64,000 bases of DNA from Octopus vulgaris (Eukaryota). Below, in pieces: positions 52,592 to 64,000 of this stretch. Every line of letters starts with the position of its first letter. The first letter of the stretch is position 1. The notes below the pieces were generated by a model. That model searched no databases. It was given only the letters and a program-made list of their open reading frames with translations, and was not told where the DNA came from. A program made the position numbers and the translations under genes. The stretch spans positions 127,286,001-127,350,000 of the forward strand of contig OX597816.1 in the NCBI GenBank assembly GCA_951406725.2. The letters are read 5' to 3'.

Positions 52592-53107
52592 CGTTCTTCT
52601 CTCTATCTGGTGGGATTGCAAAGGAGTAATTTACTTTGAATTGTTACCACCTAATGCAACAATCAATGCTCAAGTCTACTGTCAGCAATTAGAGTGTTTG
52701 AACCACTAAAGTGAATCGAAAAGGAGTGATATTTCATCAGGACAATGTGCGACCCCGCACTGCAAAGATCACATCACAGAAGATCGAAGAGCTTGGTTGG
52801 GAAAAAATTCCTCATCCACCTTATTCTCCTGACCTTGCTCCTTTAGACTACCATTTGTTTTGTAGTTTACAGAATCATTTAGGGGACATAACTTTTGCAG
52901 GCCAGGAGGAGGTAGAAACTGATATTTCAGAGTTTTTCACTTTGAAACCAAAAGAGTTTTACATTGATGGGATTAAAAAGCTTGTAAATAGACGGAAGGA
53001 AGTCATAGATAATAGGGAAAAGACATTGCTGATTAAATTTCAATTAAATATAACATTTGATCACTTGTTTTCTTTTTTCAAAATTTGGACAGAACTTATG
53101 GTATGAC

Positions 53108-53111
<4 letters not shown>
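52592..53111 (+). mobile_element. Mariner 3' fragment (transposase catalytic C-half plus right end), different family from 73-1332
   Basis: VLLSIWWDCKGVIYFELL..YCQQL, FHQDNVRP, HPPYSPDLAPLDYHLF and GIKKLVNR. Ends GGACAGAACTTATGGTATGACCTGA, followed by (TA)n. Confidence 0.9.
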
Positions 53112-53138
<27 letters not shown>

Positions 53139-53472
53139 TGACCACCAACTGTATTGACAGTAAGGTTATTTATAGTCAACAAATACACATGAAATGAAGG
53201 GAAATAAACTCTTTCACACAAGCACTCAGATACACACGTACATGCACATAAATACCTATCTATGAGATATGATATTGTCACTGAAATAGTCTACATGATA
53301 TACAGAGAAACATTAGTCCTGATTGCTATACCAAAGGTACACCAGAATCAGGAAGTATTCACACCTTTAAAAATAAAGAATACTAGTTGAACATACCATT
53401 ATAAACAGAACATTAGGCCATATATAGCTGTATGTGAGAGGGAACTTCATAAGTTGAGTATCACTTTCAATT

Positions 53473-53740
53473 CTTTTACTTGTTTCAGTCATTTCACTGC
53501 ACTACATTGAAAGGTTTAATCAATTAGATCAAACCCAGTACTTATCTTTTTAAGTTTGGTATTTATATTATTGGTTTCCTTTTGCTGAGCTGCTGAGTTA
53601 TGGAGACATAAACAAACACTGGTTGTCAAATGATAGTGGAGGACAAACACAAAAATACACACATAGATATATACTTTTATACAACAGGATTCTTTCACTT
53701 TTTGTCTACCATATTCACTCACAAGTCTTTGGTTAACCTG
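53473..53740 (-). mobile_element. Degraded SINE family A
   Basis: CTTTTACTTGTTTCAGTCATTT tail, TTTTGCTGAGCTGCTGAGTTA, ATTCACTCACAAGTCTTTGGTT. Confidence 0.75.
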
Positions 53741-54654
53741 GTGTAATGTGACATGTTTATCTTCTATTGTGACATGTACACCTGTGTATGCAAGTTTATT
53801 CACATATGCATATATACAATATTCATCAACCACTCCAGGTAAACACAATCCCCAACAACTGTCCTGACTTAAAGAACAGTGCCACTTTGATGGTTATCAG
53901 CATGAATTCTGAAGATGAAAATACTTCAAATATTATCCCAAAATCACACATAAAATTTACAAAGAAAACAAATTCAAGTTTCATTCATTTTCTTTTCTTT
54001 TTTATGAAAGCAATGATGACTTCATTACCATTAATTTTTTATGTGCAGTGAAACAGTGATGTCGAGTTAATTATATATTTGAATCCAAGTAAATGAATAC
54101 GTTTTGTATATCAAGTTTTGAATGCATATAAACCCTATATGTGCTTTTTCGTACCATCATCTTTTTAATACCAGTCTTACATGCTGGAATTTTGATATGT
54201 ATGTTTTTATTAAGGAGATTGCTCGGAATGTTTCTAAATAGTATTGAAATAGCATATATTGCATTGACAAGAAACACCTTCAAAATCTAATATACACAAC
54301 ATATCCATTCCTTCTGATCCAGAATAAAATCAATGTGATATTATTATTCCAGTATACATGGAAAATTTAAAATGCTACTACAAAGTGGATCATTGTCAAG
54401 AAAGCCAAGCCACATATTAGTAGGAAAATGCATGTGATTATGTCTTGCAGGAAAGTATATAATTCTTTTCTTGCCAACCAATATCTCAAACAAAACCAAG
54501 GCATTTTTCATATACTTACATACAATGATTAGTCTTTCATCTTTTAAACACATATTTTTGATGAAATAAATTAAATAACAAAAACTGTTAAACAACACCC
54601 CACTCTGCTATAGAGAACCAGAGGAGATTGTAGTCTTGTCAACTACATTACAAT

Positions 54655-54830
54655 CACACTAGTGCAGGTACCATGAAAAAAGCAAGCAGTACACTCTGGA
54701 GACTGGTTGGCATTAGGAAGGGCATCCAGCTATAGAAATCTTATTGAAGTGGATACTGGAACTTGTTGCCATTCTCTGATCTATTGGATCCTATCAAGTC
54801 ATTGAACTATGCAAGCATGGAAGATGATAA
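54655..54830 (+). mobile_element. Degraded RTE 3' tail
   Basis: GGTTGGCATTAGGAAGGGCATCCAGCTATAGAAA..GCATGGAAGATGAT. Similar remnants at 26500-26580 (+) and 41820-41920 (-). Confidence 0.75.
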
Positions 54831-55559
54831 TACATATTTTACATATATACAGATACATAGGCATATGTATATACATACATATGCATATATATATAGAGAG
54901 ATAGAGTGAGAGAGAGAGAGGGAGTGAGAGAGAGATATACACACATATATATAAATGAGTTGGCTGGTTTATTTAATATAGCAAATGTTTTTACAGCTGG
55001 TTGCCCTTTCTACTGCTAATCACTCAATTACTCTACAATAAAGAAGAGATGGAGCCTACTTATTGTTCAGTAAGGCAAAATGGAACAGGCAGAATTAATA
55101 TATTAACTCAGAATTATGTCATAATGAGAGAATGGAATTGTGTCCATGCTCTCACTATGCATACATTTTAGGAGTAGTTTTGTTTTAGGTATGTAGACAT
55201 TGTTTACACATTTGTGCCCTTGTAAGTTGGGTACATATAGTGCAGTAATAGTGTGTTCAAGCAGTGTTGAGTTGAAGTTGTTAATTTACATTGTTAAATG
55301 TTGTGCCTAATACTTTAGTTTTCATATCCTACTGGAGCCAAATTTGCATTTCATATAATGATAATCAATATGTATCAGTAATGTCTAAAAGAGAAATCAT
55401 ATATGTTGGTGTCTGAATTTGGGCAAAATATATTGATACATTCTGTATGTGCTTTTGTGCCAGCATTTAAGTTACTATACACAAGCATGCACACACTCAC
55501 ACACAGAAACATATATGTATGTTTGTGCTTCCATGTGTATTTTCATGTATTTATATATG

Positions 55560-55590
<31 letters not shown>

Positions 55591-58500
55591 ATGTGTACAT
55601 ATCTACATATATCTGTACAGATATATGTATATATATATGTTTGTATTGATATCTAAATATTTAAAAATGGGAAGGAATATCTTTTTTGGTTATAAATATA
55701 TGTAAATACTTCAAACAAACATTTATACATTATTTGATTGAGAAAATATTGAAGTGTGGCTTACATACATTATGTTACATCCATATTTGCATGCATATAT
55801 GACTATAATTTTGATTTAAAAAATGTTCATGGCCGATTTTTGCTATTTGTTATAATTTGTTACATTTTTATATCATTTTCACAATCATTATTCCATAAAA
55901 ATGTAAATACTCACATCTGAAAAAAATTGTTTATTTCATGTAGTAAATTATTGTAAATAATTTGATTTCAGCTTACATGCAAACCTCACGCAATGAAAGA
56001 AAAACTTTTGTTGTGATCCCCCATAATGTATGAAAGTTTATAGATGTCAAAATGAAACTCACTGTATCTGAAAGATAGTTTTAATATATATTTAATTTTT
56101 CCAAATTCTCTTTTAGTTATTTGGTTTGTTAAATATATTTCTTATCTAGAAATCATTAATATCCATTTTAGAATTACATTTGCACGCAAAGTGCTTTTTT
56201 CTTCTCATAGGAAAAAGAATAATAAGTAAACTTACTATTATGTATTTTTGCTTCTTATAAGAAAATTCGTGTTTTTGACAAAATTATATTTTTATGAAAT
56301 AGTGATAAATTTCACACTTTATCAATTTGAATTTATTCAACGATAAAATTTGTATCAAAGTATCATTCAAGTAAATCTTCTTTAAATCTTTGGCGACAAA
56401 ACTTCACATATACTTTCTCAAAGACAAGAATAGTGTTATGAAATAAACTTTAATGTTATCATCATGATTTTATTATTTTACTACTTTAGATACAAGCATT
56501 ATTCCTTTTTAATACAGTGGACTTTTTGACACTCATATTAAATACATAGTTAAATAGCTTTCATCCATGAGAAAAAATAAAAACTTTCAAGTCATAAAAT
56601 TCATCAACACTGATCTTTAAAGAAAATTTTCAAAATTTGATTTTAAGAGGATTTTATATCTTTTATTATTTCTCAGTCAAGAATTTTACCAACTATTACA
56701 CAGAACATATATTCATATCAATCCTTGTATACAACAAAGCAAAATCGGTCTCCTTGACTAGAGATCTCAAATCAGAGAGTTGGACATGGTTGACTAAGTC
56801 AAGTTTGGTTAATTTGAAGTTTTAAAAATACATTAATGTATTGCAGGAACATAAGAGATTGTTATAGGTTACAGAGTTGATAGGTTGAAAGAATTAAATG
56901 GTTGTGAGAAACCTGAAAGTTCAAGGGATTAGTTTTCATTTTAAATTATAGAAATATTTTAAGCCTCATAAAATAAGTGGTAGGATGATCATTGACTTCT
57001 AATGTTTCAAATGTTTCAAGCAGAGCCTTTCAAATATTATTAACTGATTTTTGCTGATAAAGATCATCATTTGTTTCTTAAAGTCGAATCATTTTCATAT
57101 AAAAATGGCTTGAGGATTTTATGTATGCCCATCTCTATCATTGCTTTATAAATTTGACATCATTTGTATATGAGAGAATCTCAACTAATATTACAGAGTT
57201 TGTATTAGTAATTATTAAGGAGCTGTTTATGGCAAAGTTTCTTAATGGTTTTAATTACAGGAAGTTAAAACTAATTTTAACTTCCAGTAATATCATGAGA
57301 AATTTCTTTTAGGTGTCAAGCATGTACAACATCTCAAATGGAAATTTTGAAGCTTTTTAAAATTTCTTGCTAAAAGATTGCAGAGAATATTATTATTCAG
57401 AAAAGTGAAAAATAGAGTATTCAGCTAGGCTGTTTCTGTTTAATTCAACTAAATGTATAATTTACCCTCTTAATACTTCTGACAGTTTCTCTCAGCACTT
57501 TCAAAAACATATCCACAGTTAGACGCAAATAGTTCAAGTATTTTTTCATATTCACTAGGCTATTTATTTATCTTAGTCGTAAATTGCATCCAAACATATT
57601 TTAAGTATTTTTCATATTAATTTAAACTGATGAACAAGCTGTTCCATTAAAATTACATCTAATACTTTATTTGTTCCACTTTTATTCCTAATTTGATTTT
57701 TGTAAGTATTTTCTTGAATATTTTATAAATATTTAATTTATGTATCTTTTACTAAATGTCATTAATATAATTTTAATAACATTGAAAACATATATGTATA
57801 CATAAATATAGTGTGAATTCTACATTTACTTCCAGTTTTGTACTGCATCTCAAATGAAAATTTATTTAATATTGCTTAACTTGAATTACTAGTGTTCCAG
57901 CAATATATCACTAAATAAAAGTAAATTGCATGGTAGAAGCAAATGTACTCCAGTAGTTTCATTGAAATAAGTCACTATTCAATTACATTTATAGTTATGT
58001 TAACATAATGGAATTGTTGCCATAGAGATATCTGAATTTAGGGGAAACTGTTATTTGAATAACTATCCAAGTATCATAAAAGATGGAAAAACTTAGAAGT
58101 AACAGAATAAATTTAGAAGCCGAAGAACTGAGAATTATTCCAGCATATTGACTTTCTTAATGTTCATTGAAAACATAATCTTAGAAATTATGCAAGTGGA
58201 AAATGTAATGATAGGAATGACAACTTTAGGTTTAGAAATACCCTGAGGAGGTCTGTTGAATTCATCTTGAGTTGATTTAATTGTAAATTAAGAGACAGAG
58301 GTATTAGCTTTTAATCAAGAAAATGTGTTGTTGAGGTTATTTGGTATTTTGAATGGAAACAAAAGATGTTTTACAAAAATATATAAGTAATAAGTAGTCA
58401 AAATTTTAATAACTTAATGTCTGCCTAAGACAGAAACATTTTACTAGTTACAAATTAGATGAAAGCAACTAAATGTTTATCCCAACAGCATGTTTCTGGA

Positions 58501-61500
58501 AATATAACGACAGTTTTGTTTGTTTCTTTTATGTTTTTTCTTTTATCAAATCAAATCATCAATAATGTGTTGCTAAACTTATTAAATTAATAAAAAGATT
58601 ATTTCTATCTTAACCAATGTTCTTCATTGCAATTTTTTTTTTTGTTCATAAGAGTTAAATATTATTAGCTAAAATATGATACTAGCTTCTTAGGCAGATA
58701 ATCTTAGAATTATTTTGAATAACTTGAGGAAATAGGATAAATGTACTATAGAATGACTGAATTATCTTTTTGACTCCTTGAAATATAGTTGTAATATTCA
58801 GTTTAAAGTCATTGACCACTGACAATATGGGCAAGCTTCCAAATTTTACCAAAAAATTGCTTTGTTAAAGGGCACATATTAGTTGTCTCAATTTGTTTTC
58901 CAGACAAAAGAGAATACTCTTATTTAACTGCTGAATGTTCCATAGACTGAAGCTCTTTCTTTTCAAAAATCACTTGCACCAGTAATATGCAAATGTTCAA
59001 ATTTGCAGATCATCCTATCAATGCCAAAATAGAAATAGGTATATAAAACTACAAGAAAAGATAGGAAACTTATTTGCATATTGAATTATTGATTATATTG
59101 AATTCATTGCATATTTTCTTACACTGACATAAACTTTTAGATTTATAGGAGACACAGACGGGAAGTTATGATGTTTATAACTTTGCCCCAAAGACATTAT
59201 TAATGCAAGTAGAATAGTTTTAACTAGGAACAAAAATCAAGCAGAAGACTTGGTTTACTGAGAATTTGTCACTGCACCATGATATCTATTAAGTGAAATA
59301 AAAATTTGAACAAAGAAAGGCATTTTTTCTTTAATAAAAGGAACAAAACCAGATAATAAAGACTAATCTCCATTATTCAAAACCCTTATAGCATTGAAAA
59401 AATGCAGTTGTCTCTTTAATCTTGTATCTATTCCACCTGGTATTATAATCATCAAAGATTTAGAATATTATGGATAAAAACTATCCTTTCCTATTTAAAA
59501 TGGTTCATTCTAAAAACAAATTATCTAGGATTTTTTTTCAAGAATTGTCAGCAAAGTCAAAGGTTAATTTATATAAATGGCATCAAACTGACTGAGGCAT
59601 AAGGCATAATTATTCATTATAATTGATTTACTTTGCATGATTTTTCTCTTATTTCAATGATACAGCAAAGAAGTATGTTAATGTATTTTTCTCGATATAA
59701 AAGAAAAGATAATACACATTCTGACTGAAAACGAAATAATGGTTGTGCATATACAATACGTGAAAAGAACGAAAGGAAAAAATGCAATTCAGATTTATTA
59801 TTAGATTATTCTTTATTATACACATTATAATATGTATAACTTTTCTTGCTAAAATTAACAATAAAATAAAGCATGAGTCTTATCATTAATGTTAACAAAG
59901 ATAATACTTTATTATCTACATTGCACTATTATTTTGATGGATTCATTGACAAAGCAATAAAAACTGTTTTTCTTGAGAAAGCCAGCTTGTCACATATTTA
60001 TGATAGGACAACAAGGAAATATTGTTCTTGTCAATTGAACATATCTATCTTTACATCCAGTAATTTATAGGTTTAATCAAATTGATGATATTTTGGATTA
60101 ATGATAGATAATCATTTAGAAAGTAAGTTCAGCACTGTTTTTCTTGATGCTTCTTATAGTAAAAAATAATGTTCCTGTTTTTTATATGCTTCAAATTAAC
60201 CTTAATTACTAAAAATTAATCTTCTGGTATCTATACCCTATTCTAGGAATATAGTTTGTTCACATCATAAATACATTATTCAAAGTATAATCTGTGTATG
60301 AGAAGTCATAAATAATGACATTTTTTTCTCTTGATCACAGTGGGTTTAAATATATTACCTGTTCAAAATCTGCCAAAGCCATTAAATAGAGCAGTAGAAA
60401 CAGTAATATACTAGACTAAATATATTTGGAATTCTAATTCTACCAAAGTTGATTTTATCTTTCATCTACCAGGATTGATAAAGCTAAGCAAAGATTAATG
60501 TTGATTCCATACCTATTCTTCACCCTAATAAAACATGTTTTGTGTTAATGTAAGAAATCAACTAGAGCATTAGTTTAAATAACTCACAGTATTTATCTAC
60601 GTACCTTTGCTTTCTATATTAAAACCCAACAATAGTGGATTTTCTCTTATCAGTGGAACTGATAAAATTATGCACTGAGCTAGATTCGTTTAATTATACC
60701 CCATTCCAATAAATCTGTGACCTTGTGCAGATGTAAGATACCATAAGATCCTGTAATCAATATAGTTGCTTTCTAGTTTATTGATATCTGATTAATAAAG
60801 GTCAGACAGTTGACTCTGTTTACTGCATTAAATAGAAATAATTAAATACTTCAAACAAAACATCGAATTTGCTGTTATTTTTAATTTTACATGATTCTAT
60901 TGCAATAGAATAATATTGTTGTAAAACAAAATTTATATTTGTGTGACAAAATCTAAGACATTAGAATTTATGAAGTATATGTCAAATATGATAGATATCA
61001 ATGTGGTATTTTTTTAGATATATTGTTAATTTCATATATCTTGGTTTAAATATTCATTGTCACCTGAAGAAAAGGAATTTCAATAATGTTCTCTGAGTAC
61101 TAATCAGAAGTATTCTTTTAGGTTCCTACATTATATGTTTATCAGCACTCATTCTGAAGGACTTTTCATGAATTTTTATACTGTTAATATTGGTCATTGT
61201 CATAGCATGAACTCAGAGAAAAGAGTAATTATATTGGTTGGTCTTTGGGGTTTTTTGGTGAAGTGGCCACAGAAGAGATATGTACTGTTATGTTTTGTAT
61301 TATATATAATAAAACTGGTGTTACATACATTCAGGTGAATATATAAAGCAGATCAATAAGTTCAATTATTGTGAGGAGTGAAAAATCTAATCTTTTGTCT
61401 GGAAATGAAGTAAACAGAAAGTGTTGTTGTCACTTTGGTTACTTGCACACAACAAAAAGTAACTTTCATTCCTCATCATCATATTGGAACATACTGAACT

Positions 61501-61719
61501 CTCCTATGAACTCTGTTATGGACTGATTATTGCCATTACTGACAATCAGTCTTCTTAATTTCTAAATTTTGTATTATATGTCCTCATCTACCTTGTTTTA
61601 TATTTAGTTAAAAAGATTAGAAAGTTTCTGAATATGGTTTCAATTGTCATATTGTAATACCACTTATGGTAATGTTCTGTTTATTTTGTTGTAAGTATAT
61701 TCTATACTAGTTATATGGA

Positions 61720-61912
61720 TTGGTAGAATTGGTATAGCTTCAGATAAAACAGTTTGAAGTATTTGTCCAGACTTTTATGTTCCTACTCAGGTCAACTTTG
61801 ACCTTTACCCTTCCAGAGTTGATAAAAATAAAGTAAATATTAAGTACTGGGGTCAATTTTATCAACTAAACTCTTACCCAAAATTGTAACTTCATGATTG
61901 TATTAGAAATAA
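61720..61912 (+). mobile_element. Degraded SINE family C
   Basis: GGTCAACTTTGACCTTTACCCTTCCAGAGTTGATAAAAATAAAGTA..TACTGGGGTCAAT is homologous to 2564-2795. Confidence 0.6.
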
Positions 61913-62399
61913 TATTTTATATTAGTAAGCTAAGCAAAATATTTTATTACATCTGTTTTGATGATTTAAATTTTTTGTGTTCTAATCCCAAGTGTACTCT
62001 TGACTTTTATTTCTCCAGAATACTAAGCCTTGGTAAGTGCTAGTAAAGTATAAAGGGTTGCAATACTGTGCTTTTGGTCAATGAAAGAAAATTGATCATA
62101 TTATCATATAGAAAAAATATACTTTCTAATATTATAAGGAAAATTTATCAAAATATAACTCAGTAAAACTGAGATAAAACATGCATTATCACTAGATTAC
62201 ATTGAGGAATTGCATAAAATAACATTTAAGGAACAGAAAAAGAGGAATTATTCAATAAATCAATCCTGAGTAGTAAAAAGTGAAACAAAAAATGTCCCAT
62301 GATCTTTACCAAAGAGTTTGGTCATTGCACTTCTCTAAAGATTCAATGATACAGACAAGTAGTATAGCAGAATTTATTGATTGTCCTCACATATCCAGA

Positions 62400-62890
62400 T
62401 ACAAAGTGTAAGTTAAGCCAATTGGGATGCAGAATCAGTTCACTTAAATCATGCCACCATTCTATAGCACTTAGATGTAAGTAGGCAGATATGTATCAAC
62501 TTACTACAAGGTCTGGGAAATATTTATATATCTGGTAGAACTATACACCTTTCCCAAAAAACAGCTGTTAATTTAATGATGGTAATTTTGTTTGAGTGTA
62601 AAGATGATAAAAATATGGGAAACACAAGCACAAAACCACCCTGTGAGGAGAAGTTGTACCAACAGAAGTGCCACTTCCTATAAACAGAACAGGATTGCAA
62701 AGACACAAAGAAAACACAAACTGTGCAAGTCCAGAGACAACTTTTTGCCTTCAATCCCAACAGACTACCGGTGCCCAACACATGGCAGAGCTTTCTGAGC
62801 ATGCATCAAACTGGTCAGCCACAGCTGGATACAATATTTTCTTCTCCAAATGATATCCTTGGTTATTGTCAACAATGACAGATGAACTAA
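62400..62890 (+). mobile_element. 3' end of a BovB/SR2-like RTE with a C-terminal C2H2-like motif
   Basis: WETQAQNHPVRRSC..SYKQNRIAKTQRKHKLCKSR..YRCPTHGRAF*ACIKLVSH matches W..LA.DR..WR....E..R......R..RK..CP.C.R.F..RIGL.SH. Confidence 0.8.
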
Positions 62891-63104
62891 TAATAATAAT
62901 GATCCTTTCCACTATAAGCACAAGGCCTGAAATTTTGGGGAAGGAGACTAGTTGAATACATCGACCCCAGTGTTTTACTGGTACTAAATTTATCGAACCT
63001 GGAAGAATGAAAGGCACAGTCGATCTTGGCAGAATTTGAACTCAAAATGTAATGACAAGCAAAATACCACTAAGCATTTCGTCCAGTGTGCCAGCTTGCC
63101 ACCT
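62889..63104 (-). mobile_element. SINE family C (Meta-domain-like)
   Basis: Minus strand GATCGACTGTGCCTTTCATTCTTCCAGGTTCGATAAATTTAGTACCAG; (ATT)n tail. Confidence 0.85.
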
Positions 63105-63105
63105 T

Positions 63106-63121
63106 CATCATGATGATGATG

Positions 63122-63188
<67 letters not shown>

Positions 63189-63222
63189 AATTATTATTAT
63201 TATAATTATTATTATTATTATT
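63106..63222. repeat. (GAT)n-(AAT)n-(ATT)n compound microsatellite
   Basis: Seen directly; polarity switches near 63171. Confidence 0.95.
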
Positions 63223-63664
63223 TCATAATTTCATTATACAAGAAAAAACATTATTATATCTATTTGTTTCAACATTCTGTAATATTTCTTGTTGGAAAGT
63301 AATAAATAATTATTCATTTTGTTAAAAGTTTTGTCACTGTCAACAGTGGCAAAAATTATTTGGATAGAAGCAAATGATTGAGGAATGAAGGGGAAAGGAA
63401 ACATTTGATTAAAATGTAGAACAATGAAATGGTAAACTAGTAATAGTGAAAAATTGAAACCATCTCCTTATAGTTCTGGCTGTCTGCTATTCAAATGGTT
63501 TTATCATTAGAAGAAATATAAAACAAGATTACACCATTCATGCCACTCCCAAAAGTGTTATCTTGATAAATAAAAAGAAATTACCACAACCAGAGATCAA
63601 AATTGGTATATTGCCTTGGCCCACCAGTGGCTAAACTCTCTTCCATATCATTTAACATAATAAA

Positions 63665-63911
63665 AAATATATGTGCCCTTTTTAAAGCCTAGCCAGGCTC
63701 ATGGGCCCGGTTTGTATGGCGTATGTATAACCCAGCTGGATGGGATGCCAGTCCATCGCAGCGTTACTCATTTTTGCCAGCTGAGTCGACTGGAGCAACG
63801 TGAAATGAAATGTTTTGCTCAAGAACACAATGCATTGCCCGGACCAGGAATCAAAACCACAACCTTACGATCATGGTGCTGACACCCTAACCACTAAGCT
63901 GCGTACCTCAC
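63665..63911 (-). mobile_element. SINE family B, body type 3, full length
   Basis: Reverse-complement homologue of 36155-36417. Confidence 0.9.
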
Positions 63912-64000
63912 AAAATATAAATGCACCCTTTTAAAGCCTAGCCAGGCTCATGGGCCCAGTTTCTATGACATATGTGTTCCCCAGCTGGACGAGACGCCAG
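63912..64000 (-). mobile_element. Second, directly abutting SINE family B type 3 copy (runs off the window)
   Basis: AAATGCACCCTTTTAAAGCCTAGCCAGGCTCATGGGCCC repeats the tail at about 63670-63708. Confidence 0.88.

Overview
AT-rich, microsatellite-dense eukaryotic DNA with no convincing host protein-coding exon. Its repeat content (tRNA-headed SINEs with internal TA/TG tracts, RTE LINEs with (GAT)n tails, abundant (TA)n) looks like a coleoid cephalopod (Octopus-type) intron or intergenic region; this is inferred from recalled repeat families, not from a search. Most short ORFs in the track are microsatellite noise or antisense readings of repeats. DNA transposons: a full-length but dead mariner with TIRs and TA TSD (73-1332), a second mariner 3' fragment, a 172-bp hAT MITE with an 8-bp TSD, and possible Helitron and piggyBac ends. 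Retroelements: a young 5'-truncated RTE LINE (16054-18544) with about ten related fragments, CR1-like remnants, a HERO-like restriction-like-endonuclease fragment, Penelope-like remnants and several SINE families. Most interesting: (1) a C4HC3 PHD finger inserted in the RTE reverse transcriptase; (2) a 62-67 bp double-hairpin array in the RTE 3' UTR that varies in copy number and loop sequence between copies; (3) a ~390-bp inverted repeat with two oppositely oriented minimal hammerhead-like motifs carrying a U3-A8 covariant core; (4) a spacer-less 114-bp near-perfect palindrome; (5) apparent microsatellite targeting by the RTE and HERO-like elements; (6) one SINE head joined to three different bodies.
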